Positions 28,201-47,156 of a stretch of 64,000 nucleotides of DNA are shown here, piece by piece. The notes below the pieces were generated by a model that did no database searches, was not told where the DNA came from, and was given only the letters and a program-made list of their open reading frames with translations. Every line of letters starts with the position of its first letter. Position 1 is the first letter of the stretch. The stretch is from the human T2T-CHM13v2.0 reference genome, Homo sapiens. Where the stretch lies: assembly GCF_009914755.1 (NCBI RefSeq), contig NC_060925.1; one strand, given 5' to 3'. The position numbers and the translations under genes were made by a program.

Positions 28201-29049
28201 AGTAATTTCAACAAAATGAATAGCATTGCTTTGCCTGACTTCTGCATTGGAACCCACCAGTTCACAAGGTCTACCCACGTGCAGAGAGCTTCAAATAGGC
28301 TTTTTAGTGCTGTGGTCTGGAATATATTTGAACATCCAAGAGTTACCATATATTTGAAGAAGGCTTTAACATGAAACACAGATACCTAAAGATAAGAGAG
28401 AATCCCCAGGGGGATATACAGAAAATGCATAGAATAAAAAATAAAATAATTGACATCTTCATATAAAATATATTGGAACCATGAAAGAAGAAGAGTATAC
28501 CATGTACACTTTTTGATCAAAACACACACATACAGAAAAGTGTACAAATTATGATGAATACATCAATTAATTACCACAAAGTGAATATGTGTAGGTCAAA
28601 AAATATAATATTCCAAATACTTCATTACCCACTACCTATTCTCTAACAGAAACAATATTCATGGCTTCTAATATCATGCATTAGTATTTTCATGCCTTCA
28701 CACTTTATAACGATATAATTACAGAGTTATATTCCCTAGTATTATTATTCTCTTTTACTCTAGTTTCTCTTTCCGTATCTTTTGCTGTTATAGGCTTATC
28801 CATCATGTTTATTGTCTTATGTTCCTCCAAGTTTAACCTTCATTTATGAAACAATTTTTCTTTCATTTCCAACTGCTTCCTAATCTATCCCCTCTTTTCA
28901 AAACTTCTCCTCTATTCAGTCATGACTGAGTTTATGATTCTGATCTTTGCTGTTATTTTGTATTTTCTATCACTTCTTTAACTTCTTTGACCTCATTTTG
29001 AAATATTTAGTTAGAGTTTTCATCGATTTTGAAGTCATATCTTCCTGGC

Positions 29050-29470
29050 TATTGCAAGTTGTGCTCCCTGGGAAGCATATTCTGAGACAACTTGGCATAT
29101 AGAATATTTGTTAATAAATGTATGGGATTAACACCTATGGAATGTGGGGGGAAGTATCGGGTACAGAGAGAAGTCAAGCCGAATGCACTCCTAGTGACAG
29201 CCTCAGCTGACCCAACAGTGAGTTCTGTAGCTAGAATGACCATTCAGAGGCGTCCTGAGCTGAGCCATGATGGCCAGGGCTTTATTAATCTGCATAATTT
29301 TGTTTGGGTGTAGTTTGCTGCACGAAGCCTGTTACTTTGGACAAAGTGTCTGTGTTGCTGATACAATGACTAAGTTGACAGCTAAAGTCTGCCTACTGAC
29401 AGAGCTACCATCAGTTGGCGGGCAACAAGTCCTTTACTTGAAAGAGAACCTGGGCAGGATATCTTGGTTT
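29050..29470. mobile_element. Old ERVL/MaLR-type LTR remnant
   Basis: 'gctccctgggaagcatattctgagac...gacagcctcagctgacccaacagtgagttctgtagct' resembles LTR33/MLT1-class LTRs; subfamily uncertain. Confidence 0.45.
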
Positions 29471-29959
29471 TCACTCGGTAGGTGCACAGTTATTCTCTAT
29501 AGTAATGTTGTACTGCTGATGATTTTTTTCCTCATAATAACTTCATATGAGATATAGGCATGATCTTTTCCTGAATTCATGTTTAGTGAGATTTGTTTTC
29601 ATGTACTCTTGTAAGGGGAGGATAGTATTCCTAGTTTTGCAGCTGTTGAGCTCCCTCTTGTGTTGTCATCAGAAAGTATTCAGCTGTTAATTGGAGCCTC
29701 TAAACATTCCTTGTTTTGGCTAATATCAAATCAGCCAACTGACTTTTTAAGTTATTACCATTGGCAGTTGTTTTTTGTTGTTCTTGTTGTTCTCCCGATA
29801 TTAGTACTTCCAGAATTTGTTCTTTTGCTCTTATCACCATTTCTAATACTATACTTAGAGTTCCTTGTGTGTATTTTGTTAATTAGATTTTTAAAAAACA
29901 GGTCATGAGGGTTTTAAATTTCCCTTTTACATTCACTTTTTTCCTTATTTTTAAATTAA

Positions 29960-32780
29960 GGAATGGTTTATATTTAAAAATTTAAGTATTTTAAGTATCA
30001 GTTATTTGAGGTTTTACAAATACATTCACCCATTTAACCACCCCCACCAGTCAAGAAATATGATATTTTCATCACATCCAAAAGTTATCTCATGTGAATT
30101 TCCAGGTGACTCCCTACCCAGAGACAACACAGAATTGATTTTTATCAATATAGTTCAGTTTGCACTTCTTGAATTTGAGATATATGTAATATTATAGTAA
30201 GTACTCTTGTGTGTCTAACTTATTTCAGAAAACTTAATGCTTATGAGATTCATCTATCTTACTGCATGTAAAATAGTTTGTCTTTTTATTGATGTATTCA
30301 CCTGAATGGATATGCAAAAACATATTTATTCATTTATCTGTTGATAGACATTTGGTTCATTCTTATTATTGGCTGTTATAAATAAACCTGCCATGAACAT
30401 ATTTTGAACAAATCTTCTGTGGACATTTGTCCTGTCTCTTACATGTTTAGGAGTAGCACTCCTGGGGTCATAAGGTAGGTACACATTTAACTCCATAATA
30501 TGATTCCCAAATGTTTTCCGGTATGGGTACACCACATAACTTTCCTACCAGCTGCTTCACATTCTTTCCAACTTTTGGCACTGCCTGTTTTATGTTCCTG
30601 TATTTTTAATATATTAATAATTCTAGTGAGGGTAAGTAGTACCTCATTTAGTTTTATTTTGTATTAGCCTGATATCTAATTATGTTGAACATTATTTTAT
30701 CATTTGCCTATTGACCATTCCATTTTAGTAAATTACCCTAGTCTTCTGCTCATAAGATTAGTTTAAAATTATTGAATCCTATTATTTATATATTCTGAAT
30801 TAAGTTTGTTTGGAACACATATGTACTATGAATATTGTCCCCAAGTCTGTGGCTTGCATTTCTATTATTTAAATAGTGTCTTTTAATGAGGGCAAGCTTT
30901 ATTGAATTTTGATTAATTAAATTTACAATTGTTTTCTTTTATATTTAGTACTTCTTGTGTCTTGTCTAATAAATGTTTTCCTAAACTGAGATTGAAGAAA
31001 TCTTCCCTTATATTTGTGCCTAGAGCTTTGTAGTATTAGCTCATGTGTGTGGTGCAGGTTCATTTATGTTTTATGCCTTAATCAAATATATTGAGACATA
31101 ATTTATATACAATAAAAGACACCAATTTTAAGTGTATAGTTTGATGTTTTGACGTATATGTAGAAACATGTAATCACCACCATGATCAAGATATAGAACA
31201 TTTCTTTGCATGTAAGACAGAAACAAAGGGTTATCAGTGACAGTTTCTACCCTACATCAGGCTCAGCCTCCAATGTGTTTCTGCATTATATTTGTATTGT
31301 ACTTTATTACTTATTCATACAGATAAGTAATTTCAAGTTAAAAGAGAATTATTTATTTTTTATATTATCCCTTCTTGCAATGCTTTTCAATTAAAATCAG
31401 ATATAGGCAAATCTTTAATCCCAGACTTACCCAAAGCAACTTTTCTGCTGATTTCAAATGCGTTAAAAGTTGTACAACAGAATATCCAGCCTGTATTTGT
31501 TTTAAAATACTTAAAAAAAATCAAGAAATATTTATTAAGCTACACTTTAAAATACCATTTATATTAGTATAAAGATGAATAAATAGATTAATGGAACAAA
31601 ACAGAACATTCAGAAATAGAAACACATATGTATAGTTAATTTTCTACAAGGCTCTCAAGGCAATTTATTATAAAAATGATATTGAAAATGAAAAAAGATA
31701 TAGAACATTTCCATTACCCCTAAATTTTCTCACATGCCCCATCCCATTGTGTCCCCTATACCACCATCAGCCGCAGGAAACCAATGATTTGCTTTCTATT
31801 GCCAGAATTTAGTTTGACAATAAAGAATCTTATCAAAATAAAATAACAATTTGCTTTCTAACTTCTTATCACTAAGCATACTTTTGAGGTTTATCCGTTA
31901 TGTGTGTGACTTCGCAGTTCATTCTTTTTGTACCATTGTGTATATATACACAATGGTTTTATTTTCTTACACTCTCAACAGAAACGTATGACAGTTACCA
32001 GTTGCTTAACATTCTCAACAAAATGTGTTAGTCTTAATTTCATACATTAAGTAGATGCATAATAGTATCCAATTGTGGTTAGAATTAAAAGTTTTTTTTG
32101 ATGACTGAAGACACTGAATATATTTTTTTGTGTGTATATTGGTCATCTACATATTTTTTAGTTGAGCGTCTTTTCAGATCTTTTGTCCATTCCTCAGTTA
32201 GAGGCATATTTTCTTCTTTCCAATATTTTAATTAGTTCCTTTGTCTTCATAATTGAAATGTAAGAGTTCTTTATGTTTTCCAGGTATATATATTTTTGTT
32301 ACTTGTATATTACGCAAATATTTTCACTATATTGTAACTTGCTTTTAATTTTCTACCATGTCTTTTGAAGAGCAGAAGTTTCCTTTGGTTTTGATAAAGT
32401 CCAACTTATTGACTTTGACTTTTATAGTTCAAGTGTTTTCTGTCATACTTAATAAGTTTCTGAAAAATTCAAGCTCACTAAGGTTCTATCTAATGTTCTT
32501 TTTAATAATATTAGTTCTTACAAGCAGGATGTGATTCATCTCTAGTTAATTTTTGTAAATGGTGTGAAAAAATTTCAAGATTCTTTTCTATCCAAATGCA
32601 TTATTATTGGAAAGAGTATTCTTCTACCATTAAATTGCCTTGAGGCTTTGTAGAAAATTAATTATACATATGTGTTTCTATTTCTGAGTGTTCTGTTTTG
32701 TTCCATTAATCTATTTGTTCATCTTTATACTAATACTAAAAGTATAGCTTAATAAACATTTCTTGAAATCAATGTAATGC
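29960..32780 (-). mobile_element. Patchwork of ancient L1MB/MC/ME 3' fragments
   Basis: Recurrent motifs 'tgagattcatc...ttattcatttatctgttgatagacatttgg' and 'ttgagacataatttatatacaataaaagacaccaattttaagtgtatagtttgatg'. Confidence 0.65.
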
Positions 32781-33527
32781 CTTCTGGATTCTGCCCTCTT
32801 AGTCCTCATGGGAAGCCATCCATAAGGAAGAGCTATACTTTAGAACTTGCTGGAAAACCACTCTCTGAAGTACTCTGTGGGTGGGGGGCATCTATGGGAG
32901 GATGCTTCTGTTTGCAACCTTCTGGCAAAATACCTTTGATGATGGTACTGCCTGGGAAGTAGCACTACTGGGCGTCCTACTTGTTACTAGACTTCACACA
33001 CACAGCATGTCCAGGCAGATGAAAGCAGCCAGAAATGGGAAGAGAACTCCGTTTTAACTTCAGTGTCCCTTCACGCCTTCTACAGAAGAGCTTAACATCA
33101 TGTCTGCTGGTAAAGGAGAAACATTCCAGTAACACAATCAGGACAAGTAAAGGTAGATTTGGAGCTAAAAGGCAATTACATTCTTAATTTTCTTTCTTTT
33201 TAAAATTTTGACAGAATTTAGATTTATTCATCCCTATGAGCCCTAGAATTATGTTAATGTCAGGAGATGTTTATAAAATATACTCCACTAAAATTTTTCT
33301 GAAAATTCTAACAAGGACATTTGAAACAAGGGTTACATAGGTCAATTACAATTTCACTCAGAAAAAACAATAGCACTCTTGATTTATTCAGTAGTTGTTT
33401 TTTAATATAGCATGAGTCACAAATAAGCTAGTTTTTCAACTAGGTCAACACTGACTTTTTTTGTGTGTGATAAGAACATTTAACATGAATCCACCCCCTG
33501 ATCAAAAGGTATTGGTAACTGTAATCA

Positions 33528-36301
<2,774 letters not shown>

Positions 36302-36659
36302 AATCACAATGTTGTACAGTTGGTTTCTAGAATTTGTTTATCTTATATAACTGAAACTTATATTCAACAAAATGGAACTCACATTTTCTCCTCCCCTGCA
36401 GACTGGCAACCACTGTTCTACTCTCTGTTTCTATGAGTTTGACTAATACTGTATCAATTTCTATTCTGGGCATATATTCAAAATAATTAAAATTGGGATT
36501 TTAAAGTGATGTTAACAATCTCATGTTTATTATAACATTATTCACAATAGCCAAGAAAAAAATAAACTAAATGTCCATGAACAGATTAATGGATTAAGAA
36601 AATGTAGTATATACTTACAATGGAATATTATTGAATTTGATTAGTAATCTTAGGCAAGA

Positions 36660-36874
36660 AAGAACTTGTTGCTCTTTCTCTGTTCTTCACCATGTGAGGA
36701 TATAATTAGACCCCAACTATCTGAAATCCTGAAGCAAGCCCCCTTATTAGATGCTGAATCTGTGAGTAGTTCAGCTTGGACTTCCCTCCCTGCAGAACTG
36801 TGAGAAATAAATGTTTGTTGTTTAAGCCACCCAGTCTATGGTAATTTGTTATAGCAGCTGGAACTGATTAAGAC
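36660..36874 (+). mobile_element. MLT1A-type LTR 3' half
   Basis: 'cagaactgtgagaaataaatgtttgttgtttaagccacccagtctatggtaatttgttatagcagc...taagaca'. Confidence 0.85.
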
Positions 36875-39800
36875 AGATGGTTTTCATTTCTGTGGCATCA
36901 ATGCTAATGGCTTCTCATTAGTTTCTGATTTAATTTATTTGAGACTTTTTTTTTAGCCTAGATAACTTTTTATCATTTTTTTATCTTTTCAAAAAACTAA
37001 CTCTTGGTTTTACATTTTTTTCAATTGTTTTAATATTCCCTATTTCATTTATTTCTGCTTTAATCTTTATAATTATTTTAGGTATAAAGTTAGATGGTTT
37101 ATTTGAGATCATTCTTTTTTAATGATGGTGTTTCTTGCTATAAACTTCTCTCTTACTGCTCTTTTTGCTGCATTCCATAAGATTTTTTATTTGCCCTGAG
37201 ATACTTTCTAATTTCCCTTTGATTTCTGCTATGACTCAATGGTTGTTCAAGAGTATGTTGTTTAATTTCCACATATTTGTAAATTTTTCATTTTTTCCTA
37301 CTGTTGGTTCCAAGCTTCATTCTATTGTGGTTGAAAAGATATTTTTATGTGTATCAGTCCATTTGCACATTGCTACAAAGAAATACCTGAGACTGAGTAA
37401 TTTATAAAGACAAGAGGTTTAATTGGCTCATGGTTCTGCAGGCTTTACAGGAAGCATGATGCTGGCATCTGTTTGGCTTCTGAGAAGACCTCAGAAAACT
37501 TAAAATTATGGTGGAAGGTGAAGGGTGAGTAGGCATATCACGCAGCCATAGCAGGAGCAAGAGACAGAGTGAGGACAGAGGTGATATACACTTTTAGACA
37601 ACCAGATTTTATGAGAACTCACTCACTCACTATCACAAGAACAGCACAAAGGGGATGCTGGTAAACCATTTATGAGAAATCCATGCCCATGGTCCAATTA
37701 CCTCCCATCAGTTTTCACCTTCAATACTGCGAATTACAATTTTACATGAAATTTGGGCAGGGAGACAGATCCAAACTATATTCATATGATTTCAATCTTC
37801 TTTTATTTGTTGAGACTTAGCATATGATCTTTCCTGAGGAATGTTCGTGTATTTTTGAGAAGAATGTGTATTCTGCTGCTGTTGGCTGCAATATTCTGCA
37901 TATGTCTATTAGGATCATTTGATCTATTACATTGTTCATGTCCACTGTTTCTTTATTGATATCCTGTCTGAATGTCCTATCCTTATTGCTATCACTGTGT
38001 ATTTCTTTCTTCAGATCTGTCAATATTTGTTTTATATGTTTCTGTGCTTAGATGCTGGATGCACACACACTTATATATAGATTTATAATTAGTATATCTT
38101 CTTATGAATTGACCCTTTTCTTCCTTCCTTTCTTCTGTTGTGTAAAAGTAATCTTCTGATAGTAAGTATTAATTTCTTACTTTTTATTTTTTGTGTATTT
38201 CTTGTAGATTTTTGATTTGCTGTTACTATGAGCTGGTAAATGACATCTTATAACCAAATATTTTAAATTGATGTCTACTTAACTGGTTATTAAAAAAGAA
38301 AAACAAATAAAGAGAAAACAAAAAAACTACACTTTGACATTATTCCCCCTGCTTTTTGAGTTTTTGTTGTTTCTATTTATAACTTTTTCTATTATCTATC
38401 TCTTAAAAACTTGTTGTAGTCATTATTTTTGATGTTTGTATTTTATTCTCCCTATTCAAGATATGAGTGGTTTACACACCACAGTTACAGTGCTAGAGTA
38501 TTCTGTATTTGCTTGTTTATTTACTATTACTAGTGAATTTTAGACCTTCAGGTGACTTTTTGTGGTTCATTAATGTCCTTTTTTCAGATTGAACAACTCT
38601 CTTTAGCATTTTTTTTTGTAGGATCAATCTGGTAGTGATGAAATCTCTCAGCTTTTGTCTGTCTGGGAAAGTCTTTATTTCTCCTTCATGTTTGAAGGAT
38701 ATTTTTGCGGGATATAATACTCTAGGATAATAGTCTTTTTCTTTAGCCCCTTAAATATATCATCTCACTATCTCTTGGCCTGTAAGGCTTTCACTGAGAG
38801 GTTTTCTGCCAGACATGTTCAAGCTCCTTTATATGTTATTTGTTTCTTTTCTCTTAGTGCTTTTAGGATTTGCTCTTTATCCTTGATCATTCAGTTTTGA
38901 TTAATAAATGGCTTGAGATAGTTTTATTTGAGTGAGTCTTCTTAGTGTTCTATGACTCTGTATCTGGATATTGATATCTTTCTCTAGATTTGAAAAGTTC
39001 TCTGTTATTATTTCTTTGAATAAACTTTCTACTCCAATCTCTCTACCTCCTTTTTAAGGCCAATAATTCTTAGATTTGCCCTTTTGAGACTATTTTCTCA
39101 CTCTTGTAGATGTGCTTTATTTTTTTTCTCCTTTCTCCCCGACTTTGTATGTTTATATATCCTGACTTCAAGCTCACTAATTCTTTTAATTTATCAATTT
39201 TTCTGTAGAAAGACTCATGCATTTTCACCTTCTCGATTGAATTTTTTAGCTCCAAAATTTTTGATTTTTATTATTTCAATTTCTTCATTAAGTTGCTATG
39301 ATAGAATTCTGAATTCCCTCTCTATGTTATGTTGAGGTTCATTGAGCTTCCTCAAGACAGCAATTTTGAATTCTCTGTCTGAAAGATCACATATCTCCAT
39401 TACTCTGGGATTGATCACTGGAGACTTATTTAGTTTGTTTGGAGGGGTCATGTTTTCTTGGATGTTCTTGAAGCCTGTGAATGTCCAGCAATGCCTGGGC
39501 ATAGAGGAGTTAGGTATTTGTTTCAATATCACCAGTTGGGGCTTGTTTGCACCCGACCTTCTTGAAAAGGTTTTCCTTGTATTCAAAGGGAATTGAGGGT
39601 TGGGTTGTAAGCCTACTGTCACCACAGCAATATCAGCACTAGGGGGCACCCCAGTCCAGTAATGCTGTGACTCTTTTGGACTCCTGGAGTCACTGCCTTA
39701 GTGGGCTTGGGTAGAATCAAGGAGAATTATTTGGATTACCAGGCAAAGGCTCTCACTCTCTTCCTTCATTTTCCCTTCATCAAAAAGAGTGTCTCTCTGC

Positions 39801-41530
39801 ACTGGGTTGCCTGGAGTTGGGGGAGGGTTGATGCAAGCACTCCTGTGGCTACACAACTGGCATTCTGCTGGGTGATACTTGAAGCTAGGAGAGTACTAAG
39901 TCTTGCCCATGGCCTGTGGAAACTACTGCCTATCTACTGATGTTATTTATTCAAAGCCCAAGGACCCTTTAGTCAGCAGATGATAAATCCATGAGGACTA
40001 GGTCCTTCCCTTCAGGGTAGCAGGTTCCCTTCTGGTCCAAGGTGGGTCTAGAAATGCTATCTAGGAGTTAAGGCCCGGATGGGGTCTTTAGGAATTTGCT
40101 TGATGCTTTGTTTTATTGCAGCTAAACTGGTACCCAATGTACAGGACAAAGTTTTTTGTACTCTTCCCTCTCCTTTCCCCAAGCAGAAAGGGTCTCTCCC
40201 CGAGCTGTGCAAGCACTCCCTTGGCCACCACAATTATGTCTTACTGTGTCTTGTGTGCCCCAATTGCATTGCCTCCAAGCACAATACAGCACTAGGGCTT
40301 TCCCAGAGACTGCAGTCCTTAGGGCCTAACTACCTCCGAAATCTATTTTGGGTCCCAGACCACATTAGTGAGCTGGTGGTAGAACCAGCCAGAACTTAGT
40401 TCCCTCCTGCCAGGGCTGATCTAATTGCTTCCTCCATGGGTGCTGGCAGAATTCTCTCCTGTGTTGAGCACTGCTGTGACAGAGTAGCATTGAGTTTCAA
40501 TGCATAGTCTCCTAATCACTTTCACTTCACTACCCCTTCCCCAAGCACACAGATTCTTTTCCATGTGGTGCTGCCAGGGATTGGGGCAGAGGTGATGTAG
40601 GCAAAGGAAGATTATCTTTCCTAACCTCTTCAATGCCTCTTTCCTTGATGTTGTTAACAACAGGTACTGTAGTTGCTCACCTGATTGTTTGGTTCTTATG
40701 AAGGTGCTTTCTTGCATGGATTATTGTTCAATTTGGTGTTCCTATGAGGGGACAATTGCTGGATGGTTCTAATCAACTATCTTGTTCCCATGACTCGACA
40801 CTTTTGTCATTATATAAATAGCCTCTCTTTCTCTTATGATAGTTCTTTGCTTAAAGTTTTTTTCATTTAATATAAGTATAGCCACCCCTTCTGTCTTTTG
40901 GTTAACATTTACTTAATTGTCTTTTTCCATCCTTGTACTTTCAGTTCACGTGGGTTCTTAAATCCAAAGTGAGTCTTTTGTAGATAGCATAAAGTTGTTT
41001 TTTAAATCAATTTAGCCTATGCCTTTTAATTGAGGTGTTTAATCCATTTAAGTTTAATGTAATTATTGATAAAGATTTATTGTTGCCATCTTGTTATCCA
41101 TTTTCTGACTGTCTTATTGTCCTTTTGTTCCTCTTTTTCTCTTTTGCTCTTTTCCTTTATGATTTGTTAATTTTTTTGTAGTGATATGCTTTGATTTTTT
41201 TTTTACTTTTCTTTTGTGCATATTGTATAGTATTTTCTTTGTGGCTACCATAAAACTTATATATGACTTTTCAAAGTTATGGGTGTTAATTTCAAGCTGA
41301 TAACAATTTAACTTCAATTGCGTACAAAACTCTAAACTTTTACTCTTCCGCCTTATACATGTTACTGAAATTACAATTTACATCTTTTTATGTAGTGTTG
41401 TGGATACCTTGACAAATTATGTAGTTTCAGTTATTCTTAATAGTTTAATCTTTTAAACTTTTTGTTAGAATTAAAAGTGATATTGCTACATCACCATTAC
41501 AGTATTGCAGTATTCTGTATCTGTCTATAT
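36875..41530 (-). mobile_element. Nested old L1M elements (5'UTR/ORF1/ORF2 fragments)
   Basis: Minus-strand ORF remnants such as 39296..39649 (EICDLSDREFKIAVLRKLNE, ORF1-like) and 37817..38023 (DINKETVDMN...AAEYTFFS, endonuclease-like). Confidence 0.8.
37350..37784 (-). mobile_element. Solo MST LTR inserted in L1M
   Basis: 'tgtatcagtccatttgcacattgctacaaagaaatacctgagactg...gagacagatccaaactata'. Confidence 0.9.
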
Positions 41531-41531
41531 A

Positions 41532-41690
41532 CAGATGATTCCCTAAGTACAATGTTTCAATTTAGGATTTTTTGGCTTTATGATGGTGCAAAAGTGACAC
41601 ATATTTAGTATACTCCTTGACATATGATGGGGTTATATCCAGATAAATCTGTTATAAGTTGAAAATATTTTAAGTTAAAAATACTTGAAC
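41532..41690. mobile_element. MER47-type (Tigger family) DNA transposon fragment
   Basis: 'tacagatgattccctaagtacaatg...ctccttgacatatgatggggttatatccagataaatctgttataagttgaaaatat' matches recalled MER47 ends. Confidence 0.7.
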
Positions 41691-41740
41691 TTAACTTTTA
41701 ACTTAAAATATTTTAACTTTTAACTGAAAAATATTGAAAC

Positions 41741-41955
41741 AGTTATTTTTCCTGATCCTCTCCCTTATCTCACCCTCCACCCTCCAATAGACCCCCGTGT
41801 GTGCTGTTCCTCTCTATGTGTCCATGTGGTCTTATCATTTAGCTGTCACTTGTAAGTGAGAACACACGGTATTTGGTTTTCTGCTCCTGTGTTAGTTTGC
41901 TAAGGATAATAGCTCCAGCTTCATCCATGTCCCTGCAAAAGACATGATTACATCC
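41741..41955 (-). mobile_element. L1PA 3'UTR fragment lacking its distal end and poly-A
   Basis: 'agttattttttcctgatcctctccc...gtaagtgagaacacacggtatttgg...catccatgtccctgcaaaagacatgat'. Confidence 0.85.
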
Positions 41956-43909
41956 CATATATAGGAGACATAAGACTGAGAATGTTTCAGCTTTTTGAAT
42001 TGCTAAGAACATATATTTAAGGCTTTTACCTTCATTTTTTTTTCTGTAATTTGGATAAAGCCAGGCCAATGAAAAAGAAATACAGCACATACAGTGAAAC
42101 TTAATCAAGTAAAACAGAGAAAGAAAAACTAGTTATTCATTCAACAAATATATATGTTACCTTTTTACTATGTATCAGGCAATATCCTAAATGATGGGGC
42201 TAAACATTCAGCAAAACATTAAAAAATCACCCCACAAAACCAGAAATATGTAAAGGAAACATGTAATCATAATTACACAGAAATTCTAACATATGTTAAG
42301 AATAAAAAGTAAATTATAATGGGGATGTTTTTCAGAGGTTGACCTCTCAATGAAGACTGAGCATAATGAAGTAATTCAAGTCCCTTTCTCTGAATATAGA
42401 AATAAAAGATATTCTTTGTTTGCATATTTGAACTGTGTTGGTATATTTGAGATGAAATATGTATCATACTAAGTTTGCTGGAAACCTGGGTTTAAACTCC
42501 AGTTTCAAAAAGGAATGACTATCTTTAATTTCCTGGAAAACTATCCTCAGGTACATGAGAATGTGAGCAGAGGCAGCTACTGGTTTGGGGTCCTGCCTGA
42601 GTTCACCACAAATTGTGTCAAGAAGTATTTCTGTAAGTGTGACTAACTATAGTATTTTTTCCAGGTCTATTTCTGTTCTAATACTTTAGAGGTTTTTGGA
42701 CAGTTTTCTTTCTAGAGTTATGCAGTACCAAGTCTGGGGACTTGGCCAGCATCCTGTGGAGAAATGTTTATTTAGGAAGATGCACTAAGCAGACCAGAAG
42801 TCCAAAAAAAACCCCAAAACTCAGCTGCAAATGGAAAAAAAAAACTTTGTGAACATTTGAAAATTGCTGGAAGCAGCAGTAGCTGCCATGGGATCTCTGT
42901 GGGTAACCTGTGACAATGGTTAGTATAATTGGAAAGAAAAAGACTCTGAGACAGGAATCCTCTCATTTGGGAGTTTCTACTGCTCTGATAGCACCTTCTG
43001 GGAACAATGCCAGGAACGTCTGCTGGGAGCCACTGACAGAAACTGCAACAAATAGACTCAGGCTGGGGAAGACCTCGATGCTAAGTGCCTTCAATTCTCT
43101 CTGCCATCCTCTTGCGAGTCACTCATAACAAGCTGAGGGAGAATAGAGAGGGCAGATTTTTCCTCTGTTATCTCACAGAGGAGGAAGAATAACAATTTCC
43201 AGGAAACTTGAAAATCTAGATACTGTGTTACCGAGTCCAGAAATAAAAAGTTCAACTTTTAACCTAATTTCAAATTCAGGGTCTCACAACAGTGGCACAC
43301 AAATGTAGACAGGTACTTAATTGTTTTCTCTCCAACCCCAAGTCCCTCTCATCTATCTTGAGTCAGACTATTAGAGAGTTGCAGGAAAGAATGAGAATAA
43401 TGGAGGACTACCCAAGCCCTCTAGGAGGTTACCCACAAAGCACTTTACTCCCATTCACAAACGTTGAGGCGGACCCTTGATTGAAGTTATTTTCACCTCC
43501 AGAAAGCTGGAAAAAAGCAGAGTATCACTTCTGTGACCTGCACTTAAGCACTCCAGAATTTGTCTTCAGTCTCTAAATATATATTCTTTCCTGCTGTTCT
43601 TCAAGGTTTCAGCTCTGTCATCAAAACATTGCTCTTTTCCCCGTCCCTCATGCTGTGCTCCTATGCTCCTCTCCTTGGTGCAGCAACTCAATTGTTAGGC
43701 TTCAGATGAACACAGACTAAAAGAGAGAACTTTGCTTCTTTTTTGACAATGATAAAGCAAGACTTTGTCCTGATGAAGTCTAAGGGAAAAAAGAGCTTCT
43801 CCTTCACTAAAAAAGGCCTTGTAAAAGACAGGCCTAAATTATCTCCTATAATGTGGTTTTTCCATATATACTTGTACTTCCTTAATTTACAATAGCTTTC
43901 AGCCTCTAA

Positions 43910-44520
<611 letters not shown>

Positions 44521-45756
44521 TAAACAGAGTTTGGGGCCTTGAGAGGTCAATAGTAGAAAGGAATAGAATAGTGTTATTTCAATATAGAAATGGTTGTGAT
44601 AACATTAAGTTTTGAGTCTCATCTCATTAGAAGATTTCACTGGATTACAATAGCTAAGTTCTAGGGAACATCAGAAAATAACCCTGTTTGGATTATTTTA
44701 TGTGGGAAAGTGAATGAAGATAGTATGTGAATTTACTAACAGAAAAGTACCAGTCACCATGCTCATTTTAGAAATGCTCTTATTCTCCCGTGAGTTTTAG
44801 TTTGTTTATCTAGTTACTCAGTGATAGTGAGATAATATATGATAGCTTGAAAAAATGGAAGATAGTATAGGGCTTGGGAGAGATAAAATAGAGCCTCACC
44901 AAATGAGCTACAATAAGCTATTGCTTCAAGCAAATGCCATGAAATATGTTATATTGAGCCCATAGCACTGATTACTTCCCTATGAGCCATCTCAGAAAGA
45001 CTGATTCCTTAAGCAAGGCTTCTCTGGGTAACTGAAAAGGAAAAAAATAGATACCCATAACTTTCCGTCAAGAATGAGCTTTCAACAGTTCACTCACTTT
45101 TCATTCTCAAATGTCACATGAGAGTATTATCTGGTGACAAAGGTATATTAGAAATGTCCAAGCAATGAGGAGGTAAAAAAATGAGTGTCTAATTAACTTG
45201 CCATTCTTTACAGACCTTCTGCTGTTTTTGAATCTCACCATCCTAACATTCTGTGGACAAAAAATCTACTGCATAAGCCTCAGAGATAGCAACTGGGGAG
45301 GTAAATAAATTGCACTCCTCAGGGAAGATACTGGTACTATTTTTTTCGTTAGTCACCAGTTAATAAATAAAGTATTGTGAAGAGCCAGACTGAGAGATAA
45401 AAAAGTAAAAATAAAAATAAATGCCACAGTAGGGAAATTCATGAGAGCTAGATCCAGTTCATATTCCACAACTTCTTGGTCGTGTGAAAGATCAAATTGT
45501 GGGTAGTACAATCATAAATATGCAATGTGATCTAGTAGGTTGCAAACTGGATCTTTATTCCCATCAATTTCCTTTTGAGGCTTAAAATTCCATCACACCC
45601 TTAATGAGCTTAAATAATGCCTTTTACAGATGCCCTTTATATAATAAAATATTTAATAATCAACTAATTGAACAAGTAGCTTTTAGATAGCAATTTGTTT
45701 GTAGATATTATGGGGAATACAAAATTACTCCAAGGCCTTTATGCTCTGATATATGA

Positions 45757-47156
<1,400 letters not shown>

